A stretch of 64,000 bases of DNA, from contig JAGNUG010000006.1 of assembly GCA_017987115.1 (NCBI GenBank), positions 459-64,458 of the forward strand, read 5' to 3'. The stretch comes from Flavobacteriales bacterium (lineage in GTDB: Bacteria > Bacteroidota > Bacteroidia > Flavobacteriales_F > PHOS-HE28). The position numbers were made by a program, and so were the translations under genes. A model generated the notes under the pieces. The model did not search any database and was not told where the DNA came from. It worked only from the letters and a program-made list of their open reading frames with translations. Shown in pieces: positions 57,756-64,000 of the stretch; the first letter of the stretch is position 1; every line of letters begins with the position of its first letter.

Positions 57756-59150
57756 ATGAAGGAATCGTGGCATAAAGGGATACCATCCAAAGTACAGGCC
57801 ATTGCCTGGGCGCAACTCGAGCGACTTCGGCAATGGGTGCTCAACAGTAACGCCAAGAACTTCGTGCTACTTGCACTACCGTATCAAGTGAGTGCCATCT
57901 TAACGGCATTGGTTGCGGTGGGCTATACCAAAGCTTTTCAATGGGCAGCCCGTTGGAACCATGGTCTTATCGATTCAAACCCACAGCTGATCTTCCTTAC
58001 CGCACCCATCGCATTCCTTGCCAGTTGGTGGATGGTCCGTTTTTTTTCACCCATGGCAGGTGGTAGCGGTATTCCGCAATTGATCGCAGCGGTAGAGACC
58101 GGGAATGATGAAGAAGAAAAAGATGGAAGTTGGCGTTTTCTGAATTTCCGGATCATTATTGTAAAGATCGCATCCAGTATCGCATTGGTTCTTGGCGGCG
58201 GCGCGATCGGCCGTGAGGGCCCTACCCTTCAAATTGCTGGAAGCATTTATCGTACGGTCCACAAACTACTCCCACCCTTCTGGCCCAAAGTGAGCCGCAA
58301 GGTGATGATGGTGACCGGAGGTGCTGCTGGACTTAGCGCGGCTTTCAATACTCCCCTTGGCGGGATCGTATTTGCCATCGAGGAATTAACGCGCACGCAC
58401 ATCGCCAAATTCAGAACGGCCGTATTAAGCTCGGTGATCCTAAGTGGAATGACGGCGCAATGGTTACTTGGACCATACCTGTTATATGGTTACCCAAAAG
58501 TAGCCACAGTTGGTATTTCATTCATGTACAAACTGCTTGCGATCAGCGCCGTTTGCGGTTTCGTCGGTGCAGTTTCAAGTAAGATGATGTTGTTGCTTGA
58601 TAGGATCCGTCAAAGCCTCAAAGGGTGGACTCCACAGATGCTCTTCGTGCTAGCATGCGCTTTCGTTTTTTCCGGCGTGGTCTATACGTTCGGCTCCATC
58701 TCATTAGGAAGTGGTGATAATCTATTGGACGCCTACCTTTTTGAGGATGTACCCAACCCCACTTTCGCGAATGCTGCAGGACGTGTATTCGGCAATCTGT
58801 TCACGATGGGAGCCGGTGGTGCTGGTGGTATGTTCGCACCGTCGCTGAGTTCCGGTGCTGCGATAGGTGGTTTGTTCGGATCATGGTTCGATGTGGATCG
58901 CGGTGAACTGAACATGCTCGTGCTCGGTGGTATGTGCGCATTCCTCACCGCCGTTACCCGCTCACCATTCACCAGTGCGATCCTTGTTCTGGAAATGACC
59001 GACCGCCACAGTGTGATCTTCCAATTGATGTACGCCTGTATGATCGCGTCCATCGTTGCACATGCCGTTGATAACCGATCCGTTTATGACCGTTTGAAAG
59101 CGAAGTTGCTGGATCAGGTGAAATTGATGCCGCACAAGGGTAGGTCATGA
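57756..59150 (+). CDS. ClC-family voltage-gated chloride channel/antiporter
   Basis: Selectivity motifs GSGIPQ, GREGP and GMFAPS. ATG at 57756; the track start at 57741 is TTG. Confidence 0.9.
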   Translation: MKESWHKGIPSKVQAIAWAQLERLRQWVLNSNAKNFVLLALPYQVSAILTALVAVGYTKAFQWAARWNHGLIDSNPQLIFLTAPIAFLASWWMVRFFSPMAGGSGIPQLIAAVETGNDEEEKDGSWRFLNFRIIIVKIASSIALVLGGGAIGREGPTLQIAGSIYRTVHKLLPPFWPKVSRKVMMVTGGAAGLSAAFNTPLGGIVFAIEELTRTHIAKFRTAVLSSVILSGMTAQWLLGPYLLYGYPKVATVGISFMYKLLAISAVCGFVGAVSSKMMLLLDRIRQSLKGWTPQMLFVLACAFVFSGVVYTFGSISLGSGDNLLDAYLFEDVPNPTFANAAGRVFGNLFTMGAGGAGGMFAPSLSSGAAIGGLFGSWFDVDRGELNMLVLGGMCAFLTAVTRSPFTSAILVLEMTDRHSVIFQLMYACMIASIVAHAVDNRSVYDRLKAKLLDQVKLMPHKGRS

Positions 59151-59223
59151 AGTCGCTGCTCAAAAAGGATCCACTGTTGTCCACTTGTTCGTAAACTGTG
59201 AAAACCCTTCACGGGGTTATCGG

Positions 59224-59231
59224 TAATTTTG
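59224..59231 (+). promoter_or_regulatory. Putative -7 box (TAATTTTG) for thyA-folA
   Basis: TAnnTTTG match 28 nt upstream of the thyA ATG. Confidence 0.45.
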
Positions 59232-59259
59232 CAACGCACAACATTCCAAGGACCGATCC

Positions 59260-60054
59260 ATGCAGCAATACCACGACCTTCTTCGACACATTCTGAATAA
59301 TGGAACGCGCAAGGAAGACCGCACCGGTACCGGAACGCTGAGTTGCTTCGGTTATCAGATGCGCTTCGATCTAGCCGATGGTTTTCCCCTGCTTACCACG
59401 AAAAAACTCCATACCAAAAGCATCATCCATGAGCTCCTCTGGTTCTTGAAGGGTGATACCAATATCAAGTACCTGCAGGATAATGGTGTGAAGATCTGGG
59501 ACGAATGGGCAGACGCTGATGGGAACCTCGGTCCGGTATATGGTTATCAATGGCGCAACTGGCCAGCACCCAATGGTGGAAGCATCGATCAGATCACCAA
59601 ATTGGTGGACATGATCAAAAAGAATCCGGATAGCAGACGACTGATCGTTACCGCATGGAACCCAGCCGATGTGGATCGTATGGCACTCCCACCCTGCCAT
59701 TGTTTGTTCCAATTCTATGTCGCCGATGGTAAGCTGAGTTGCCAACTCTATCAACGCAGCGCCGATACATTTTTGGGTGTGCCCTTCAACATTGCGAGCT
59801 ATGCATTGCTCACCTTAATGATGGCGCAAGTATGCGGCCTGAAGCCAGGGGCGTTCATCCACACGTTCGGTGATGTGCATTTGTATGCCGACCATTTGGA
59901 ACAAGCGCAATTGCAACTTACCCGTGATATTCGTCCATTACCGAAGTTGGTGCTCGATCCAACGATCACCGATCTTTTCGAATTCAAGTTCGAACACTTC
60001 ACATTGACCGATTACGATCCACATCCGCATATTAAAGCAGCGGTGTCCGTATGA
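59260..60054 (+). CDS. thyA: Thymidylate synthase
   Basis: 264 aa, [26 protein letters not shown], with the active-site Cys in [12 protein letters not shown]. Confidence 0.98.
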   Translation: MQQYHDLLRHILNNGTRKEDRTGTGTLSCFGYQMRFDLADGFPLLTTKKLHTKSIIHELLWFLKGDTNIKYLQDNGVKIWDEWADADGNLGPVYGYQWRNWPAPNGGSIDQITKLVDMIKKNPDSRRLIVTAWNPADVDRMALPPCHCLFQFYVADGKLSCQLYQRSADTFLGVPFNIASYALLTLMMAQVCGLKPGAFIHTFGDVHLYADHLEQAQLQLTRDIRPLPKLVLDPTITDLFEFKFEHFTLTDYDPHPHIKAAVSV

Positions 60055-60560
60055 TCGTTTCAGCTATTGTAGCCGTTGCGGATAACGGTGTTATCGGACG
60101 GGACAGTGACCTTCCTTGGCATTTGCCGGACGACATGAAGTTCTTTCAGCGTACAACGCGTGGCCACCACATTATTACTGGACGGAAGAACTACGAGACC
60201 ATTCCACTGAAATACCGACCGTTGAATGATCGCGTGAACATTATTGTTACTCGCAACGAAAAGTACAAAGCCGATGGTGCCGTGGTAGTGCATTCCCTGA
60301 AGGCTGCACTCGACCTTGCTGAACGTTCAGGAGAAGTAGAGGTGTTCATTATTGGCGGTGGACAGATCTATTCCGAAGCGCTCAAGAATGACCTTGTCGA
60401 TAAGCTGTATATCACGGAAGTACATGCTGAAATAGAAGGTGATACGCGATTCCCTTGGATCGATGTCGGCAACTGGCAGGAGACAGATCGCAAACTGCAT
60501 CGTCACGATGAAAGGCACGAATTCGACTTTAGTTTCGTTGTATTGGAACGTATCGGTTAA
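60051..60560 (+). CDS. folA: Dihydrofolate reductase
   Basis: 169 aa, [26 protein letters not shown]. The ATGA overlap with thyA suggests translational coupling. Confidence 0.95.
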   Translation: MIVSAIVAVADNGVIGRDSDLPWHLPDDMKFFQRTTRGHHIITGRKNYETIPLKYRPLNDRVNIIVTRNEKYKADGAVVVHSLKAALDLAERSGEVEVFIIGGGQIYSEALKNDLVDKLYITEVHAEIEGDTRFPWIDVGNWQETDRKLHRHDERHEFDFSFVVLERIG

Positions 60561-60608
60561 ACCTTTTGGTCCGGTAAAGCGTCAAAAGCCCACCAACACC
60601 TTCTCAAC

Positions 60609-61406
60609 ATGCTCGTAAGAAATTCAGTTTTGTCACTGGTCGTTATGGCCTTTCTATTTACTTCATGCCGCAGAGAAAAGGAACCTGTCCTTGATCTGGA
60701 CTACACCAGTGCCAGCGATAATTCACGTGCCGAGGATGTCTTCAATGACATGCTCCTTCAGGTGGATAATGCAGTTGACGAGAATGGCTTGCGCGATGAA
60801 TGTGCACCTATCGTTTCGTTCGACACGACTTCCACTCCGCGTACGATCACGCTCGATTTTGGTTCTGTGAATTGTACTGCTTCGAATGGCAGGCTGCGCC
60901 GTGGTCGTATCCAAGTAAGCTATACCGGTCGCTATCGAGACCAAGGAACCGTGATCACCATTACACCGGACAACTATCACGTCAATAATGTATTCGTCCA
61001 GGGATCCAAGACGGTGACCAACCTAGGCCCCAATACCGATGGAGATCTCGCATTCAGCGTTGTGGTGAATGGAACACTTACTGCTGATGATGGTTCCTGG
61101 ACCTCAACACATCAAGCACAACGCACACGAACATGGATCGAAGGTTCAACAACAGCCCAAGTTCTGGATGATGTTTACTTGATCACGGGGAACGGAAGTG
61201 GCGTTAACCGGAATGGCGTTGCCTACTCCCTCGCGATCACCAATGCATTGCGTGTGCAAGTAGGATGCCCGTGGATCACGCAGGGAACTGTACAGATCAC
61301 ACCAGTGGGAAGACCCGTAGTTGGGATCGATTACGGAAGTGGTGCGTGCGACGGCACCCTTACAGTTACTGTAAACGGACAAACGTATACGGTTACGATC
61401 GGTTGA
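60609..61406 (+). CDS. Hypothetical lipoprotein
   Basis: Lipobox LFTSCRRE, a beta-rich Thr/Gly-rich sequence, and no recognisable catalytic motif. Confidence 0.55.
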   Translation: MLVRNSVLSLVVMAFLFTSCRREKEPVLDLDYTSASDNSRAEDVFNDMLLQVDNAVDENGLRDECAPIVSFDTTSTPRTITLDFGSVNCTASNGRLRRGRIQVSYTGRYRDQGTVITITPDNYHVNNVFVQGSKTVTNLGPNTDGDLAFSVVVNGTLTADDGSWTSTHQAQRTRTWIEGSTTAQVLDDVYLITGNGSGVNRNGVAYSLAITNALRVQVGCPWITQGTVQITPVGRPVVGIDYGSGACDGTLTVTVNGQTYTVTIG

Positions 61407-61541
61407 GCAACGCATTTGTATTGAAGAGCATATCAGGTTCCTCACTGGTTGAAATTAGCGCAACTGTTTGAATGGTGCGCATGTGAACACTGGGGATAAT
61501 ACTGAGAGCAATAGCCAGCTGAAGCATTCTAACTTCGCGGC

Positions 61542-64000
61542 ATGCACTTACCCATTATCGTTACTCGGTGCAACCGGGTATCACGCGTCATTCTCTTGTT
61601 TGTTTTTCTCTCCTTCGCACTTGCTTCTTCGGCACAACGCCCGCCCGCTCAGCCTAACGCCGCGGAGATCCTGCACAAGATGCAGAAGCTCCAAGTGGTG
61701 GGCAGCGTGTTGTATATCGTGGCGCACCCCGATGATGAGAACACCAAATTGATCGCGTGGCTCGCCAATGGCAAGAAAGTGCGCACAGGCAACCTCAGCC
61801 TCACGCGCGGTGATGGCGGACAAAACCTGATCGGCCCTGAACTCGGCGATGCACTCGGCATCATCCGCACGCAGGAATTGCTGGAAGCGCGGCGCATCGA
61901 TGGTGGCGAGCAGTTCTTCACCCGCGCGGTGGACTTCGGGTACAGCAAGAGCGCTGACGAGAGCTTTGAGAAATGGGGGAAGCAGGAAGTGCTGAGTGAT
62001 GTGGTGCGTGTGATCCGCATGTTCAGGCCGGACATCATCATCACGCGCTTCTCGCACATTCCCGGTGGCACCCACGGCCATCACACCGCCAGCGCCATCC
62101 TCGCGCACGAGGCCTTCGACCTGGCCGGTGACCCGAACGCATTTCCAGAGCAACTGAAGGAAGGCCTTGAAGTGTGGCAACCGCGCCGCTTGTTCCACAA
62201 CGGCAGCACGTGGTGGCGAAAGGACCTTGCGGATATCGTGAAGACCGACCCCGATTGGTTCGCGGTGGATGTGGGCGGCTACGACCCCTTGTTGGGCCTG
62301 AGCTACACGGAGATCGCTGGGCGCAGCCGCAGCATGCACAAGAGCCAAGGATTTGGTGCCGCCGAAACGCGCGGCGAGCAATTGGAATACCTCCACTTCG
62401 AGAAAGGCGATAGGCCAAAGGGCGATGACATTTTCGAGGGAATCGATATGACGTGGGGGCGGATAGTAGGCGGTGCGTTTGTCCAAACAGTTGCTAACGA
62501 TGCGATCAACTTATTTGAACCCAATAGCCCAGAGAATGTTAGCAAGCATCTCAACGATATACAAGGAGCGATTCAAGAGTTAATGAGAATGCAAAAGCAC
62601 TCTGCACTTTGGTCAATACTCAGCTCTCGCCATGATCTCGCACTCGCTCTCCTAAGGGACCTGAATAGCGTGTCGTTCGAGTTACTTTCCGAACGTGCTA
62701 CATGGGCATGGAATGATTCGGTTCCATTGGAATCAAATGTGCTCGTTCGGGGTTCGCTTCTTGTAAAATACTCAATACACGCAACAAGTTGGCCATGGAT
62801 GGATACCGTGGTTCCTTGGACAGAGGAGAAAACGACAGAGACGATCTTCCGCGTACCGCGACCGAATACCATAGACGAACCGTATTGGTTAGCCAAGGAA
62901 AAAGTGCGGGCACTCTATTCTCCCCTAGCCGAAGGATTTCAGCCGACACTTCAGTCATCCGTAAATGCATCATTCATGGCCGGGTTAGACGAAGAAAGAC
63001 CACAAACCTGGTTGAGCTCATCGGTCTTTTACAAATGGGTCGACCGCGTGGACGGCGAACGCATCCGCCCAGTGTATGTCACGCCCGTCGCCTCCATCAT
63101 TCCAAAGACCGAGATCCTGATCGCACGCGGCGGAACGCAGACAATAACCGTGGAAGTGGAAGCACTCACCGACGACCTACTTGGTGAACTGACAATGAGC
63201 GTACCCGCTGGTTGGAATGATGCCGGGTCCGGTGTTCCTGTCTGGAAAGCCACACAAAAGGTGAACATCGCGAAGCGCAACGAACGGCAGTCCTTCACCT
63301 TCCAATTGATACCGGGAGAGAACGCCAAGGCCGGTGCCGTGAAGTTCGAGTTCGTCGGTCCCAAAGGAAAAGCCGATCGCACCTTGCACGAGATCGACTA
63401 CCCGCACATCATGGCGCAGGTGTACTACACGCCCGCCGAGGTGAAGTTGATCCCGCTGGATGTGAAGGTGAACGCCACGCTCGTCGGCTACATCAAAGGC
63501 GCCGGTGATGATGTGCCGCAAGCGATCGAACGCCTTGGTGTCACCGTGGATATGATCGATCCTTCCACAGCCACCTTGGCAAGCATCTCGAAGTACGATG
63601 CGATCGTGGTCGGCATTCGCGCCTACAACACCGAGAAGGCCATGGAGCAATTCAATCCGGTGCTGATGCAATTCGTGGAGAATGGCGGCACCGTCGTGGC
63701 ACAGTACAACACGCAAAGCCGCGACATGATCCTTCCCGATTCGTTGATCGGTCCCTACCCTTTCAAACTTTCGCGTGACCGCGTTACCGTTGAAGAAGCT
63801 CCACCAACATTCCCCGATCCGAAGCATCCGCTGTTGAACACCCCGAACACCATCACGGTTGCCGACTTCGATGGCTGGGTGCAGGAACGCGGACTCTACT
63901 TCGTAGGTGAACGCGATCCGAAATACACGGCGCTGATCTCTTGGAATGATCCAGGTGAAGAACCACTTGAAGGCGCGTTGATCACGTGCGACTATGGCAA
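61542..64000 (+). CDS. PIG-L/LmbE-family deacetylase, long multidomain form (3' end outside window)
   Basis: Not in the ORF track because it has no stop in the window. The frame from the ATG at 61542 is open for all 819 codons. It has signal peptide ILLFVFLSFALASSAQ and the PIG-L signature LYIVAHPDDEN plus GGTHGHH. The long minus-strand track ORFs here are antisense shadows. Confidence 0.85.
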   Translation, partial: MHLPIIVTRCNRVSRVILLFVFLSFALASSAQRPPAQPNAAEILHKMQKLQVVGSVLYIVAHPDDENTKLIAWLANGKKVRTGNLSLTRGDGGQNLIGPELGDALGIIRTQELLEARRIDGGEQFFTRAVDFGYSKSADESFEKWGKQEVLSDVVRVIRMFRPDIIITRFSHIPGGTHGHHTASAILAHEAFDLAGDPNAFPEQLKEGLEVWQPRRLFHNGSTWWRKDLADIVKTDPDWFAVDVGGYDPLLGLSYTEIAGRSRSMHKSQGFGAAETRGEQLEYLHFEKGDRPKGDDIFEGIDMTWGRIVGGAFVQTVANDAINLFEPNSPENVSKHLNDIQGAIQELMRMQKHSALWSILSSRHDLALALLRDLNSVSFELLSERATWAWNDSVPLESNVLVRGSLLVKYSIHATSWPWMDTVVPWTEEKTTETIFRVPRPNTIDEPYWLAKEKVRALYSPLAEGFQPTLQSSVNASFMAGLDEERPQTWLSSSVFYKWVDRVDGERIRPVYVTPVASIIPKTEILIARGGTQTITVEVEALTDDLLGELTMSVPAGWNDAGSGVPVWKATQKVNIAKRNERQSFTFQLIPGENAKAGAVKFEFVGPKGKADRTLHEIDYPHIMAQVYYTPAEVKLIPLDVKVNATLVGYIKGAGDDVPQAIERLGVTVDMIDPSTATLASISKYDAIVVGIRAYNTEKAMEQFNPVLMQFVENGGTVVAQYNTQSRDMILPDSLIGPYPFKLSRDRVTVEEAPPTFPDPKHPLLNTPNTITVADFDGWVQERGLYFVGERDPKYTALISWNDPGEEPLEGALITCDYG

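Noticed and set aside
61581-63827. Long minus-strand ORFs (61581-62486, 301 aa; 63177-63827, 216 aa; others)
   Set aside because: They are antisense to the uninterrupted 819-codon PIG-L frame, which has clear family motifs (AHPDDE). They are artefacts of GC3-rich coding sequence.

Overview
This window looks like a chromosomal segment of a Bacteroidota bacterium. The supporting signs are T9SS-type C-terminal sorting tails, TAnnTTTG -7 promoter boxes, DUF4290 next to murA, and a GH3/DUF2797 pair. GC content is moderate. The content is almost entirely housekeeping. On the minus strand lies the fused str/S10 ribosomal operon (rpsL-rpsG-fusA-rpsJ-rplC-rplD-rplW-rplB-rpsS-rplV-rpsC-rplP, with no tufA). 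The remaining genes are uvrD/pcrA, murA, grpE-dnaJ, a tricorn-like protease, an M48 protease, adenine deaminase, gluQ, tRNA-Leu(TAA), tRNA-Gly(GCC), mutS, folK, two deoxynucleoside kinases, sppA, a membrane pyrophosphatase, pdhB, etfBA, an NSS transporter, nupC, a ClC channel and thyA-folA. A long PIG-L deacetylase gene runs off the 3' end and is missing from the ORF track. The only mobile element is one intact IS3-family insertion sequence (34105-35451) with an A_AAA_AAG frameshift site. I saw no rRNA, CRISPR array, prophage or recognisable defence or toxin cassette. I did not find a clear-cut novel multi-gene system. The best follow-up candidates are:
- two Fic-fold proteins with degenerate catalytic motifs;
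- the function-unknown DUF2797/Kelch and GH3/hypothetical divergent cluster;
- a DnaJ lacking zinc centre I;
- a tRNA-Gly with C55;
- an unannotated 45-aa membrane ORF coupled to the NSS transporter;
- a compositional mosaic inside the PIG-L gene.
All hairpin, motif and composition statements are hand-read from the sequence and need computational confirmation.
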